Shown here piece after piece: positions 19,091-35,385 of a DNA stretch of 64,000 nucleotides (the first letter of the stretch is position 1; each line of letters starts with the position of its first letter). The position numbers and the translations under genes were made by a program. This DNA is from the human T2T-CHM13v2.0 reference genome, Homo sapiens. The notes below the pieces were generated by a model. The model saw only the letters and a program-made list of their open reading frames with translations. It was not told the DNA's origin and did not search any database. The DNA is taken from the NCBI GenBank assembly GCA_009914755.4, contig CP068257.2:25024001-25088000 (forward strand), read 5' to 3'.

Positions 19091-20834
19091 ATACGTACAT
19101 TCCAGTGGCTTAAATTCTAATGACTCAATGTAAATACATGAAGAGAGAACTTTACATGTTAATGTCCCTTATCTAAAGGAATAACGTGTATGTATGACAG
19201 AGTAGCTTCTCTACATTCTTGCCCAAGCATAGCAGCTTTAGCAAACGTGTACATAAGGCTGCCTATGTATCCAGCACTATTCTAAGCATTTCATATGCAT
19301 CAGGATAGTTAATCACATTTTATTATAGTAGAGTAAAAGATGACAGGATAGTATATTCTGTCTTTACCAGCCCCTCACCCAACACTCAGCTGCTCACTCA
19401 CTCACGGACAAGAATGCCTGAGGAAGCCCTGGTCATTTCACTCAACATTCCCTCTACTTTGACTGTGCTGGGAAGTCTTTACCTCTTTTCCACTATCAGC
19501 AATCCCCCCTCTTTCTTTCCAATTTTCTTCTTTTCCAGTCAACGACTACATGCCCACTAAAGGAGGGCTCTAAGAAGTGGTCCTCCACCTGCAATATCTC
19601 ATATAAAATCTGCTGTAGGTCTATGATGGAGGAATTCATACAGTGTTTAAAGATAAGAAATACAAAGCTTAGAATGCTGAAAGGTTCATAACTAGCTTCA
19701 AACTCTGTATTATGGTTAATTTCCATGTGTGATTTACAAGTGATACTAATATGCTCTTGATTTGTTTTCTAAAATTAGGATCTTAAGAACCACTGGGTTG
19801 GTGAAAGAAGTATTGGATGAATCTGTGTTTTCCAAATTCAACCAACTTGGACAAACATAGTAGATGCAAGTTATTAGTAAGGTTCTAGTTATCTGCTTGG
19901 ATAAAAGCCTCATGAGTGTTCATTATCTTGTTATGCTTTATAACAGACATATGTTACTCTATTATATATATGTTATCTATAAGATATATATAATGTTATA
20001 TATAATATCAATTAAATTAAAATAGATCAAAAAAAGGAAAACAATAATACAAATATGCCCATTTAAAAATCTGGATAGAATAAACAACACAATTGAATGA
20101 TAACCTTAGCATATTATATTTGAAAATATACAAATTCTAAGCTACAGTTTATCCCTTCCTCATTTCTTAGATCACTGCGGTTGGAACACTAGTTTTTTAG
20201 TAGAACTTATATTTCTATCATCGTAAGTTTTGGTTGCATAAGGTTATTAATAGTTAAACAGGTTTCTTTGCTGCTTGATATATTTATTATTTAAGGTGCA
20301 GGTTTAGCTAAGCTGCAAAACTATAGTGGCTTAAATAAGATATAAATGTATTTCTCTTGCATATTTGGTCCAGTGTTGGGCAGAATATCTAGGGCAGGTA
20401 GGAGGCTCTAGATTTCATCTCTGAGTATAAGTAGCTCCTAAATTGTTACTTCTTCCTGACTTCAGAATGTGAAGTGAAAGTAAGCAGCTTCCTTTCCAAA
20501 GAAGTGATTCGCAGGTGCACATGTCACTTCCTCTCATGCCCCATTAGCCACGTGACCACAACCAGATGCAAGGAAGGCTGGGAATTGTAGTTGCTAGATG
20601 GGGCAGTAGGAGTGAGGAGGGACCCCAGGGATTCTACGATTACAATGAGGGAGGAAAAAAAATGGATATTGGGCAGATAATATTGAATCCTGAAAAACAA
20701 ACTCTAAATATGGAAAAAGTGAAGCATCCTTTAAGTCCTTTAATGTAGATGTAGAATCTGCTCTTCAGTGGTCCTAATAAAGCAGGGCTTTGTATTTCAT
20801 CGTCCTTTTCATTCATAAAAGATACTCATTTTTG

Positions 20835-20888
20835 GTGTGTGTTTGTGTGTGTGCATGTTTGCGCACGCGTGCATGTTCATGTGTGCTA
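20835..20888. repeat. Imperfect (GT)n/(GC) purine-pyrimidine microsatellite
   Basis: gtgtgtgtttgtgtgtgtgcatgtttgcgcacgcgtgcatgttcatgtgtg. Confidence 0.5.
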
Positions 20889-21586
20889 TCAATGGCTTTA
20901 ATTTGATTGAAGATAAAATTAATACTAGGAACTGAAATACTTTCGAGATAGGCTGTGCACAGTATGACGTCACCACTTTAGCTGTCTTATCAAATTCAGA
21001 GCATACAATTCATGTAATCCTTGTTTCCCTTCCACATTGACCAAGGTAAGATAATTCCAAACATAGCTTAAAGAAATGTCTTATACTAAGCTTCAGAAAA
21101 TATCAGAAAGTTGCATTATCAGCAATGCTAATGTAGCAAAAAGCAGGTGGGCTCATGCCAATGTTCTCCTGAGAGATGGTTATGGAAGTAGATTGTGGTA
21201 ATTAATGAGTGAGCAGTTGAAGAGTAATAAAAAAGAAAAAGTTTAATTAGGAGTAAATGGTAAGGGAGTTTAAGCATTGGAGGAATAATATTAACATTGT
21301 GGGAAGTAGATTGAATTATGTTTAAGATCCAAAAATATTTGAAGCTATCATCTTATTTCCCTCTTTATGTCACGCCTAAGTAGGAATCTATATGAAGCTA
21401 CTTTTACATCATACAGTTTGTTTATTCCTTTATTATTAGTGAATTGCTTTAGACTAACTCTATCATACTTCCAATTTTGTTATCTACATGATTTCATTGT
21501 CCTTTGATATAAATCTACTTTTCCTAGCTTGTGAGCAAAATTTAGCTAACATAAAATCTTATTTATGTATTTATTTAATTAATTAA

Positions 21587-21878
<292 letters not shown>

Positions 21879-24147
21879 ATCAACATAAAATCTTTAAGGC
21901 ATTATTTGTGTTTAAAGTAGGGTGGGGAATTTCTGCATCCGAAATTAGTCAATTGACAGTGTTCTACAGCATGGAGTATCAGAAAGGATATCTGTTTCTC
22001 CAACTTATGACAGCACACATGTATATTTTTGCCTGGAGGAGGGAGGGATATGAAAAAAGATTTGAGAAGAGAATGAAGAATCTGAACTTTTGGGCAGGAC
22101 TCATGTATAAAATGACTGAAACTTTTTGTTTGTTCCTTTGTTGAAGGTTAGTCTTGCACAGAGTAAATTATGGTACCGTTGAATCTCCTGGGCACCCTGA
22201 GTTCAGTAAAACTTATAAAGATTCTTTAAATCATATTATACTTTCTCTTCTTTGTATGATAGCCTTGATAAGTGCAGGGGCTAGGACTACTGCAAGTAGT
22301 GGGAAATTAGGAAGGCTTGTCAGAGACACTGAGGGCGTCTCAAGGATTCTGGATAGGAATGTATCAGCTCTAGGATATAGCTGCGTTTGTTGAGGTTTTT
22401 GGCTTGTCCACAGCTGAAGATATTTGTAAAGATTTCAGTAACTTCAAGACCCAATGTCATCCATTCTATTAAAAAATGGAAGATTATACTTGCTTAGGAC
22501 CTCTTCAATCTCAGCATTATTCTTTGTAAAAAATTCTCCTCCACTTTAAAAAATGACTCTTGACCATGTTGTCTTTACTATTATTTTCTTTTGGAAAAAC
22601 ACACAATTTTTTCTTAAGAAAAAAATCATTTCCCTGCTTATTTGTCCTCAAATCCATGGTATATTAAATAAAAATGACTTATTTATTACCTTTCTAATGA
22701 GCCACTTTCATAAACTGTGGTTGATAAAACAACTTTTGGAACTACTTGCATATTTTACTGGTAACATTTCATCTAGAACATTAAAACATTTAAGGTTTTT
22801 AGAGGTATTCAAAGGAGTGATATGTATTCATATTGCATGTGTTCACAATAGTGTAATCTTTCCTTTTCTTTTACATCCTCAGTTTTATTGAACTAGAGGA
22901 AACATCCCCCATTCAGATACAATACTCATTTTTATAAAACATTTAGGCAAAAAAGTCACAACTACCTTACATAAAGCCTGTTTAAACCTCTCAAATTTCA
23001 TAATCCGATCAACATTTACATTCTTATATTCTGGTCACAGGAACTTTTATTCCCTACCCCCAGACCATTTTAGCTTTTCTGGTGAAAGAGAATTTAGGTT
23101 CCTATCAGAGAGTGGATCCAAGGCACTCAGGCCTTTTTGTCAACGTTTGTCATAATTTGCCTTATTGTTGCCCCAGGCAATGTCAGCTTTCTCATTATAA
23201 TCTTTGCCTTTTAGTTTTCCGTAAATTTCCCCAGTCTGGGGCAAATGCAGAAAACTGGTGTGGGCCCTTTAATGTTGGGAGACCAGCAGGGTTTCCCTTT
23301 GGTTCACCCAACCATTAATAGTGTTGTTAAGACCTTTGTTTTAACCCCATAAATTTTCATTGTATTTATTTCATTTCTTAATAACCGTCGAAAGATTTTC
23401 ACCACCCTTCAGGGGCTAGTCCTTTGAGTCCCTTTTACCTTTCCAATTTTTTTTGTTGTTAATTACCTTAATGTTTTATTAAGCATCTGTAAGACCCATG
23501 AAGGATAGCAAATTTGATAAGGCTTCTCAAACAGCTGTATGATTCTGCAGGAGTAATGTCACTTGGGATGCCCGTGGAAAAGGCGCCCTTTTAACCCCAA
23601 CATTTATTATGACCTGGGTAACAGGCATATTCAGTGGGAAAATACCCCAGTCATCATAAAGCCAGTCCCACATGGCTTGTATATGAAGCATATCAGTTGC
23701 TTCTTCTGGGAATAGTTGGAATCTTATTCTTGAGAAGAATTAGAAACTTATTTCTCAATAGTGACACTGGTGGAATAGAATAATTTTGTGATAAAGCATA
23801 GTGACATATTTTCGGACTCTACCATTTGTTATACAGCTGGGATTAAAAACCTCATTTATTCAAGAGCACCATGACTGGTTCCATTAGGTAGTTAGGACAA
23901 TTTGTAAATAAAACAACAAAAGATCCACTTAGCATAGTATTATGCTTTTTGCAGGACACTTTTCTGGGTGGACTTGGACTAACCCAGTTTTCCCCACTTT
24001 CTCACTTGAACTTCTAAAGCATAAAAGTAGAATGTGCTAGAAATGTAACATTCTGAGATAGGGAGGGACTGGCCAGAACAGTGTGGCCTCTGTTTCAGTT
24101 CCCACCTAAAAACAGGATGTATTTCAATGCTTTAGCCCAGCAAGTCA

Positions 24148-24579
<432 letters not shown>

Positions 24580-24586
24580 CTATAAG

Positions 24587-24938
24587 TGTATTAGTCCGTC
24601 TTCACGCTGCTGATAAAGACATACCCGAGACTGGGCAATTTACAAAAGAAAGGACTTGCAGTTTCACGTGGCTGGTGAACGTCTCACAATCACGGCAGAG
24701 GGTGAAAGGTACTCCTTAGGTGCCTGCTGCCAGAGAGAATGAGGAAGAAGCAAAAACAAAAACCCCTGATAAGCCCATCAGATCTCGGGAGACTTATTAA
24801 GCATCATGAAAATAGCACGGGAAAGACTGGCCCCCGTGATTCAATTACCTCCTCCTGGGACCCTCCCACAGCATGTGGGAATTCCGGGAGATAGAATTCA
24901 AGTTGAGATTTGGGTGGGGACACAGCCAAACCATATCA
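24587..24938 (-). mobile_element. Solo LTR of the ERVL-MaLR THE1/MST class
   Basis: tgtattagtccgtcttcacgctgctgataaagacatacccgagactgggcaatttacaaaagaaag...cccccgtgattcaattacctcctcctgggaccctcccacagcatgtgggaattccgggagatagaattcaagttgagatttgggtggggacacagccaaaccatatca is the reverse complement of the THE1-type LTR consensus as I recall it. Carries an internal deletion. Confidence 0.8.
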
Positions 24939-26285
24939 ATAGGTAATAAATCTGCCTCATGTAACTTGTGTGCATGGGTGTTCTATCTCACCAGACTCAT
25001 ACAAGCTCGTAACCAGTGCATGTTAAGCCTGCTTCACACTCTTCAGCATGCTTTGCTAAAAAGTTTTTGCCACGTTAATTTTTTAACATTGCATGAATTT
25101 GTAGACATAAAAATGAGAAAGCTTACTGAAGACACTCTACATTTGTTTCATACTCAATATAATATTTCTTCTTGAGTATAATAAGCTACCTAGCTTATAA
25201 GTTAATATATTTGGATAAAAACCAACTTAAAAACTTAGCTACATTTCTATGCAAACTAATCTTTCATCAAAGCTAATTAGTGATTTTAAAATGCTATCAA
25301 ATACCATCTTATCTTGTATAAGATTTTAAAATTTGGAAGGGTAGCTCAAAATCAATTTGGGTTAATTCAAATTACATCTCAGAAACTAGAGAGTTAAAAT
25401 AATTTTTTAAAAGGAACTTTATATATTGCCTTAACACTTTGTGAATAAAAATCTTTTATGTTTTTCTCCCTTTTATTTATGATCCTTGGATATCATTTGA
25501 GTTCTTGCTAAAAGCTGCCATTTTCATTTCTACAGCTTAATTGCTTACAAATTAATGATTCATAATATTTCACAATTTTCACTTAAATGGTCTGGCATAT
25601 ATTCCTATTGTAATCATGTCATAAAATTAAGGGGAAATTGAATGCCTTGCAGAGTCCGATAAAGACAAGTTCATTCTTTCTTGTGCAATGATTTCCTATA
25701 ACATTTGGAGTTATATCAAATCTAAATTTGTATTCTAAGCAGAAATTACATGTGTTTTTCCCGAACATGTGTTTTCTTATGCTCCTAACCTGTGAAATAG
25801 GAACTTATAAACTATTCTTTTAAAGGCAAGCATATCAATTTAGATGTCTTCCTTTGCAGAGAAAATCAGATACAAATAATCCTATGAAAATATAGTTGCA
25901 TAAGAGTGAACCATCTTATTGTTTATTTCAGATTTGCTCATACCAGCTTGTGTATATTGTTGAGACAGCTCACTGAATGGCATTATTCAATGGTTTCTCT
26001 TTGTGGCTCATCGCCTTTGAGACCATACTTATAAAGTACACCTAATGGAAGTGTCTTAGAGCCTTCTTAAGTGTTTTGCTGAGCCAGGAGAGGAACTGAA
26101 TTATAGATCAAAAGAACTAACGTGTTTCAGTTGGCAAAAGGTTGTCTTAGTCTTCACAGACTTGCCAATCTCTTCTTCCACCAATGAAGTATTTCACTCA
26201 GTTAGCTATAGGAAAGCATTTGTTTGTTATGAACAAATTACTTTAAATTCAACTCCTGACTTATTGCTGAAAATGTAATTTTCCT

Positions 26286-26332
26286 ACACACACACAGACA
26301 TACACACACACACTTACACACATGCACACAAA
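26286..26332. repeat. Imperfect (CA)n microsatellite
   Basis: cacacacacagacatacacacacacacttacacacatgcacacaaag. Confidence 0.5.
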
Positions 26333-28834
26333 GTAAACTCTGTCCTAATGTATTTGCCCAGTAGTTTTTTTTGCTTTGTTTTGTTTTTGTTTTAACTGAA
26401 CTGGGGCTGGCAGAAAAAAAGCAACAGAAACTGGAGAAAAATTAAAAGAGAAACAATATAAAGAATTTGATATAGGAATGACTAAGCTTACTTAAATGAA
26501 TTGTGAGATATAAACTTGTCAATATGATTTTGGTTGCAGAAGATTGTATATTACATAAGCTTCACAGATGACATGCATATCCAGAAACTACAGTAATTTA
26601 CAGGGGCAAACTCTGCAACTAAGAAAAGGAGACAGAACTGTTTCCACTCAATGCATTCCTCCATCAAAGAACAAGGTAGCAAAATGGTTGAGAATTGCGT
26701 ATTTGGCAAGACACTGCCTATCTTTAACACCTGGGTATGCCACTTGCTACCTAACCTTGAACAAGTGACTACTTCTCTATGTTACATTTGTTTCATCTGT
26801 AAAATGGGGGTAACACTGATGTCTAGTATAAAATGCTGTTGGAGGTTTACATGAGATAATCCATATAAAATCTCTAGCGCAATGCCAGTCACATAGTAAA
26901 TTCTCTGTAAATATTAGTTCTGACTATGCTTATAAGCACTTCATCTTCAAATGTGGAATTTTTGAATATTACAATGGGAAGGTATTGATTCATTATTTAT
27001 TCAATAAACATGCCTACTGTGTCTTCAAAAATAAGACCATAAAGGATGGTGAATTAAAAATAAAGTGCAGGAAAGGAATTATTTTTTTCTAATGTTATAT
27101 GATGGTTAGCACTGTACAGAAAAACAGACTCAACCCTCTAAATCAGTTGTCTGTTTTATTAAGGACGTATCATTTTCACAAGGGAATCTTGATAAATACA
27201 AATTTATCACTCCACTCACTCATTCATTCATTCATCCACTAAACAGTCCTTTACTTCTTACCTACCACACATCAGGCTAATGCTAAGAACTGATACAAAG
27301 ACTCAACCACACATGATCTGTGACTTCAAGAACATAGAGATCTTATGGTACGAAAGATATGTAAAGATAAATTATAATTAATTGACACAGCATGTGCTAC
27401 TTTGAGAGAATAAACCCAAAGCTGAATTTTAATGCAACTATTAGGTTTGAATAGGCAGAAAAGCAGAGAAAAGCATCTCTGGAATGGGAACACTTGACCC
27501 AGAGAAGAAAGAATGCAAGGAGATGCCAGGTTTGGAAATGGAGAGAAGCTTAGTGCTTAGCCAAACTTGGGAAGGGGCTTCAGTGTCAACCTAAGAAATT
27601 CAGCTTCCTAAAATTGTAGTAACAACAGGAAATTTTAAGCAGGGAGATGACTTTGTGGTAGGAAAGAAAATGAACTAGAGTGGGAAGGAAGTTGGAGATA
27701 CCAATGATATAGAGACTGTCCAGAGGTAGCTGCAATATTCAAGATGAGAAATAATTGAGCCTTAAATGATCTAGGGGGAAGAAGCTACAGAACAAAAAAA
27801 CACACAAAACTATGAAAGAGAGTTGCTAGTTAGAATCTTCGTGAGCAAGGGACTAAATATATTTCAGTGGAAGAAGTAGTATATCTTGTGATTTAGTGAT
27901 TCTCACATTTTAAAATTGAGGTAACTACTTTCTGACATGAAACTATAAGTGCAAAATTTTGATATAGATACTTAGAATTTGCCTTAGTTGTGAAGTAGCC
28001 TGTAATGTAAAGCATTTCTCTGAGAAACAAAAGTGGATTTTTCCTCTTAGTCAGAGTTTCTTGAAACCCACATGTGAAAGATGCCTTGATATAAAACATG
28101 TATGTTTTAACTTTGGGCTCAGTTTTGCAGGAATGTATCTGAGATGGAAAACCAGATGGCTATATTTCAATGTATTTTCTCTTCCATTTTATGGAAAATG
28201 ACCCATGATCTATTTTGGCTTACATGAGATTTACTCATAAATATATATGAGTATAATGCCTTGCAGCTCCTGTTTAATGCATTTATGAAAAATTTTTCAC
28301 TTTCTGGGAAGCTTTTCATTCAGGGCAGCTGCCTGGAAACACTTATGATCTCTGAGGAGAAGCTTTGAACGTGCACAGGCATTTTTAAAAATGGTATGTT
28401 GTTAGGCAACTAAAAATCACAAGCTCAACATGGTAGCATTATCTTTTTGTCAGAGGTGTGAACTGGCTCTTCCATAATCAGGCTTTCAACACTTGGAAAG
28501 TTTTTTTCTGAGTACGTATTTCCTCATCTGTAAAATAGGCGGGTTCTGTTCTGATTTCATCAAGTTATGATAAAAGAAAAGCACAGTAGGTAGGTATGAT
28601 AAAAGAAAAGCACAGTAGGTAAATAATCAATTATAGTGACATTTCTTCCTCTTCACTCCTTTTGCTACCCAAGTGACGTATCATACAGCAAGCTAACACT
28701 TGGTAGAATGCCAATTTAGTATGATACTGGTTTCCAGTTAATTTAGGACTATAAAAAGTGCTGGCAATGCCCAACTCAAACTTACGTTTGAATTGGCTTT
28801 TTAAATTGCTATATGTCATAAAGACCAGTTGATA

Positions 28835-29173
<339 letters not shown>

Positions 29174-31539
29174 TTAGAGTTCTTGAGATTATTTAACTGT
29201 AACTTATGGTAATTCAACTGGCCATAGTGACTATTCGTATGATGAAAGAGTATGTGATGAGCAACAATGAAATGAGATAGGTCCAACAGAGCTTTTCCAG
29301 GTGCAGATGCTCCCAGCCACGGACAGTCTGGCTGGTAGGCAAACATGGAATCCAGGGACTTCAAGCATCTCCACTCAGATCCATTTTGGAGGAGGCAAAA
29401 TGAAGTACCAGATGTTTGGGGGCAGATAAGTTCCAAAGAAAATGATTACTGAGAGTCAGTTAACCAGGCTGTCAGCTTCTGCAAACTCTATCATAAGTCA
29501 GTTGACTCCAGACTGCAAACTGGTGCTTAGGAATACCAATGATTGCCTCTAAAGGCAGAAATTAAATGCTTTGTACTGGACATTGCCAACCTTAAGTTCC
29601 CTGGTGCACTTGGGTACCACCATCCGGATGCTCTGAGTGTGAGGTGCCAAAGTGCCCTTGTATTTTCTGTAGTTCTCAATGGTTAGATGTCACACTCGGT
29701 TCCCTGAAGAAAATGTCTCTCTCCCAGTCCTGTGGGCATCTTATCAATTTATCATCATCAAGATTCAGCCTCAAGTTTCTTCCCATCTAAGGGGCCTGTT
29801 TAGAGCCTCTAAGCTTTCTGCTTTCAGAAAGCTACATATTCACTAGAGAGAATGGGTATCTATTCTGAATTTTCTCTAGTATGACGAGATTACTGTCTTA
29901 TATTGTTCTTCATTTCTTCCTAAGTGTCAGTCTTATCTCCCCAAGGAGATTGTAAGCGCCTTGGAGGCAGGGATCATGTTTTATATTCCTGGGGCCTCAC
30001 ATCCTTTGAATATACAATTGAGCAGATATTAAGAGATACTTAGTAATGGATTTATTGAACTTGAAATCTGAAACTGCTAATTCTAGAATTATTACCATAC
30101 ATTTGTGTATTTTTGGGGATTTTGCATAAAAATACTGTAGGTAGCTATATTCTTTTCACCTGCTCCCATAAACTATCAAAGTTTATGTCTCACGTATTTA
30201 GTTCTATCAGATATTGAGTTAATCACTTTTTTAGGAAGAAAGATTTTGGAGAAAGAAAGTTGGCTTCTTTACTCCATCTTCCTACTTTATATATTTGGAA
30301 TTTTTCATTAGACATGACTAAAGAAGTAGAAGGAGAAACAAAGATCTAACTTTTAAATTATTCACTAGGCCTGCACAGGTTTGGTATGCAGATTAGCTCA
30401 ACAGATAGAGGTAGATCAACATGGCAAATTAAAAATAATATCTAAGGTTTAATTCACACGTTGTATGACAGTCTCACTCTTCTATGTCAACCATGGACCT
30501 ATACCTTAGAATTTATTGTCTCCGCTCTTCCAAATTCTGTTCCTTCCAAATCCTTGGCCAGACATCCAGGACATTGGCCACTGAATGGAAATCTGTACAT
30601 ATTATCACTTTGGGCTACTTCTCTTTCCACAAAAAGTGAATGCTTAAGTTCACTGCTCATAGCTCTGCCCATTGGAAAGAATTTCCCTTTTTGCTCTTTT
30701 TCAAGGCCACTCCTATATGTGTCTATAGTGCAGCCACCATCCATTTCAGCCCAGGTAATGAGCCAACCAATCCATTACCTATGCTTGGACTTTGCCCTCA
30801 TCTTTCAGTTGTTTCAATTGTGCCCTTCATAGAACCATGACTGCAAGGCAGTCCCAGGTCCTCTTATCACCTGTTTTATCAGACCACATCTAGTACCATT
30901 TGTGTTAGTTAGTTCAGGTCCTCCAAGAAGCCCCTTCACAGATTTTACTAGGGAAAATCCCTGTGAGAAAAAATGGGGAGGAAGAACAGAGAGGCTGGGA
31001 GAGTCATCATACCCCACGCAAGTCTGACCATGAGGGAAGGAAAGAGAAAAGGAAGGTTGGGTGGAAGCGTCATAGACCAGTATGCAGTCTCAAGGAAGTC
31101 CAGCAAGAGACCACTGGGGAGTCCATGAGGCAGAGTTGCATGAAAAGAGAAGATATCTGTATCCTAATGTCAAAACTGCCTTAGCATCACTGTGCCTACG
31201 GGAAGCATGATGTCAGCTTAAACATGGTGATGGATTTCAAAGAACAGCCAGAGCCTCTGTGCATTACACTTCCTCTAGTTCGAATTCTGCAAGGTGCATT
31301 GTCATGGCCACCAAATTAATGTTTCTAAAAACACATAAATTCTAAGCAATCTCAATTCACAATTCAGAATAGAATGTTCTGCATCAACTCAGGAGTTCTA
31401 TTCTTATGATATGAGATTCATGGGTAGAAATTAAAATGGACAATTTTATCTAACCACTATTAGCGAAAACTATAATTGGAACAAAATCTTTTTACCTCTT
31501 GCTCTCATGGATGTTTGGGTTTTTCAAATGTCTTTGTCA

Positions 31540-31790
31540 TTACTTGTGATTCACCTGCTTAGCACGTTCCTGTTCAACCTTTAAGCCTCTGGCTTACTTG
31601 CCTTCTTCCTGTGAAGCTCCATGGTATTGCACTCTTAACTGTGTTATGTCCCACTAGAATGTAATGTTTTTGAGGTCAGGAACTGTGCGTGTATGGTTTG
31701 TTGTTGTATATAATGTGCAGTATAATACCTGGTGCTTATTATGCATTCAGTTCATGTTTGTTAAACAAATGCATAGAATCATTGTCTTTA
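31540..31790 (+). repeat. MIR SINE fragment
   Basis: ...cccactagaatgtaatgtttttgaggtcaggaactgtgcgtgtatggtttgttgttgtatataatgtgcagtataatacctggtgcttattatgcattcagttcatgtttgttaaacaaatgcatagaat parallels the MIR core and 3' end (..ctccatgagggcagggactgtg..cctagaacagtgcctggcacatagtaggtgctcaataaatatttgttgaatgaatg). Confidence 0.45.
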
Positions 31791-34710
31791 GGCACTACCC
31801 TACTTATAACGAATTGAAGAAATGATAAAATCCATTATTATTACAGCTATTTGTATGGTATAGAACAGACCTAATTTTCTATTATGTGATTTGGCTTCTG
31901 AAAATTTATTTACTCAATTCCTTTCTGTAGTTAGGTTCACATGCACCCATATTACATGAATATATTCATGCCATCTCAGAGATCATTAGGATGACAAAAA
32001 AAAAAAAAAAAAAAAAACATATAACGGCTATCAATTTTCCCCAAAAACCAGCAGGTATAAGCAATTGTTATTCACATTGTTCATTTTATAAGCAATATAG
32101 GAACTCTGCATTTAAATAGGAAAATTGAGTGATTTCTAAAATCAGAAGCTAATATATTTTGGATTATTATTTTAAAAAGTTTAAAGGATACATATATACA
32201 TCTGTAGGTTTCCTGGAGTCTCCAAATCAGGGATGCCAGCCATCCTAGAGTGTCACTAAAGTGAGAGGCAGCATGAACTTGTCTCAGATATGTTGGCATG
32301 ATTTAGGAGTGGGTAGGGATGGTAGAACAAGAGTGATCCAATATTTTAAAATATTTTCTTCTGACATAGTAATTACTGCATACATGACATCATGATTTTT
32401 TCCTCTTCACTCATTCTTAGCCTGTGGCACTCAACTCTCCTGCTAGGCAATCAGCACCAGGACTACTTTTGAAGTGGTCTGCTGCTGGGATGCATTCACT
32501 TGGCCTCTGCCTCTATATTGTTTTTGGTCACCTTTCCCATCTTTCTCTTACTATTCCCAATCCTTATCCATATGCCAGCCTGCTGGCTATGCCGAATTCT
32601 CACTCTGGCTTTCCTCTAATACTTGGCATCTGGGGCTGGAGCTCTTGCGCTGCAGGCTTCTTGCTGCTCTCTGGAGGCCCTATTCTACGGGAGCTGCTCT
32701 CAGCAAGCTGTCAAGTTAGAAAGGAAATAATGAAGCATTAGCTGAAGAGTCAATATCTGATAAGGCTTAATGTGCCAGCCCTAATGATAGTTTGCATTTT
32801 CTTCTGGGAATAGTTATTTGAAAACTGAAAAAAAAAAAATAGTACCAGGATCCCCCTCTTTCCCCACCCTCCCCACCACCATGGATGCCAAAATCCACAG
32901 ATGCTCAAGTATCTTATATATAATGGTATAATATTTGCATATAACTTATGCATGTTATTCTATATACCTTAAATAACATCTAGATTACTTATAATCCTGA
33001 ATATAATGTAAATGCCATGTAAATTGTTGTTACGCTGCATTGTTTTTTAATTTATTTTTTCATTTCTTTTTAAAATATTTTTGATCCATACTTGGTTGAA
33101 TCTGTGGAGCCAGAACCTGTAGATACCAAGTGTTATCTGAGGACTGTATTTAAGGTGTAAGGTACAGGATAGTGTAGATTTGGGGGATAAGTAGCGTTTT
33201 CTGATATAAAGAAGGCTACCATCTAAGACCATCCGTGAATTGTTATTATAATCAGATAAAAAAGTCAAATAAAAATGAGTGAATATTTTAAAAAATTATG
33301 TGACTCATTTCTTTTGAGTAACTTGACAGCTATGGTCACATTAATTGTGTACAGAGATATAGCTTTAGCTGTTTCTTAGGAAATTTGAATTTAATTAAAC
33401 ATGAATAAAAAGCCAAAAAGATCTTTGTTTTATTAGTGTCTCTCCTTCAATTATCATAATAAAGAGATAATCTCCAGCAAAAACAAAACTAAAAAACTTT
33501 TACAATTAAAGCATACAATGTCCAATTTCCAACATTCTAAACTATCATTAAAACATTTATTTTTTTCTCTTTATTCCTTGCTGCAAGGAGTTATTTAAAA
33601 CTAAACCCAAAATATCCACTCCATAGCTCATCTAACCTGCATATAAATAGAGAATATATGTCAACTTTCAACTTACAGATTCACCAAGTAAAGGAAAAAC
33701 TTTTAATGATTTCAACTCTAGGAAGGAAATGTCTTAATCACCATAAAAATGGTGTCATTAGAAAAACAGTCTGTTTTATATCTTAATATTTGTAGCATTA
33801 TTTGCCCTGGTATTATAGTTTTTCATCAACCTAAGAAAGTGAGTTGTTTAACCTTATTATTGGATGCAAATAAGCATGTTTTTAAGGTACAGTATAGTTT
33901 ACTGTGTAATGTGTATCAAGGATGAAGCCAAGAGAAGAAAATAACTCATTAAAAGTGTCACTTGTTACTGCAGCAATAATCAATAGAGCATTAAACATCA
34001 CATCTTATTGCAATGAATGGGGAATAAACATGAAGTCCACAGTGCACTCTTGTAAATGGTATGACTTGTAAATGTCAGTGAGGACTTATTTAATACTAAA
34101 AGGCTATAAGAATTTGCAAAGGGAGTTTTAAAATTCATCCAAGATAGCTGAAGGTTACATGAAGAAAGGGCAGCTATATATAGCATGCACACACTCAGGT
34201 AATGTAAAATATGAATGGATGAAAAAGAACCAAACCTAATTCTAATTGGAGGGTTCATTATATTTGATATTCTAGAAAGAGCATGTATTGAGACCTGGAA
34301 GTTTGGCATTATGAATATTTTATTGCATATCTTGCTTTATATTCACTTTATATTCATATAAAGCAGGCTTTTTTTTTTTCCAATGTAAGCAGTGTATATG
34401 TATAGGTAGAGAGCAAAGAAAAATCTTACAGATTAATGCAGTTCAGAATACATCATTTAGGTGAATTGTATTCTCTTTCTGGAAGCTTCTTTTAAAATTT
34501 ATAATCTGCAACATCTCATTGCACAAAATTTCCATCTCTTCATCCAAGCAAGTTAAATTTGTCTTGATTTATCTGCATATTGATCTGTAAACCTGATAAT
34601 TGATAGGGAAGATTCTTGGAGATTTCTAAAGTCTGTCATTTTTATAGATGCAGACTTTCATGTAGCACAATCAGAACATTCTGACATAGAAAAAAAAAAT
34701 AATCAATGTA

Positions 34711-35086
34711 TGTGATATAGTTTGGCTCTGTGTCCCCACGGAAATATCACCTTGAATTGTAATAATCCCCACATGTGAAAGGCGGGATCAAGTGCAAATA
34801 ATTGAATCATGGGGTTAGTTTCCCTCATGCTGCTCTTGTGATACTGAATGAATTTTCATAAGATCTGATGGTTTTATTAATATAAGGGGCTTCCCCCTTT
34901 TCTCAGTACATCTCTCTCCTGCTGCCATGTGAAGAAGGTTGTGTTTGCTTCCCCTTCTGCCATGAATGGAAGTTTCCAGAGGCCTCCCCAGCCATGCAGA
35001 ACTGTGAGTCGATCAAACCTCTTTCCATTATAAATTACCCAGTCTCAAGTAAGTCCGTTTAGCAATGTGAGAATGGACTAATACAG
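34711..35086 (+). mobile_element. Solo LTR of the ERVL-MaLR THE1/MST class
   Basis: tgtgatatagtttggctctgtgtccccacggaaatatcaccttgaattgtaataatccccacatgtgaaaggcgggatcaagtgcaaataattgaatcatgggg...ggcctccccagccatgcagaactgtgagtcgatcaaacctctttccattataaattacccagtctcaagtaagtccgtttagcaatgtgagaatggactaatacag matches the THE1 LTR consensus in the forward direction. Confidence 0.8.
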
Positions 35087-35385
35087 TATGTTAACAGGAA
35101 CCCTGGTGGCTTAACTCATTGTGGAAATGGACAGCATGGGTTACAAAACTCATATCTTAGAGAGGTTTGGCCATTATCAAAGCAAAATTCTCTTTCATGG
35201 GACTAGTTTTAGTTTCTCTCCATGGACTTATTTTGAGGTGAAAACAGTAGAGAAACTCCGTGGAAAATTTAGGTCTTTTGTCTTGAATATGCTATAGAGT
35301 TAAAAATGCAATATTACCCTTTTCACAAGTTTAATTTAGCATTCCTCATAATGGTTTATATTTCAAACAAAAAAAATTATCATAG

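Noticed and set aside
26980-27240. Possible MIR fragments (attcattatttattcaataaacatgcctactgtgtc) and a (TCAT)n run (cactcattcattcattcatcc)
   Set aside because: The matches are short, under 50 bp. They are plausibly MIR 3' ends but are too degraded to call with useful confidence.
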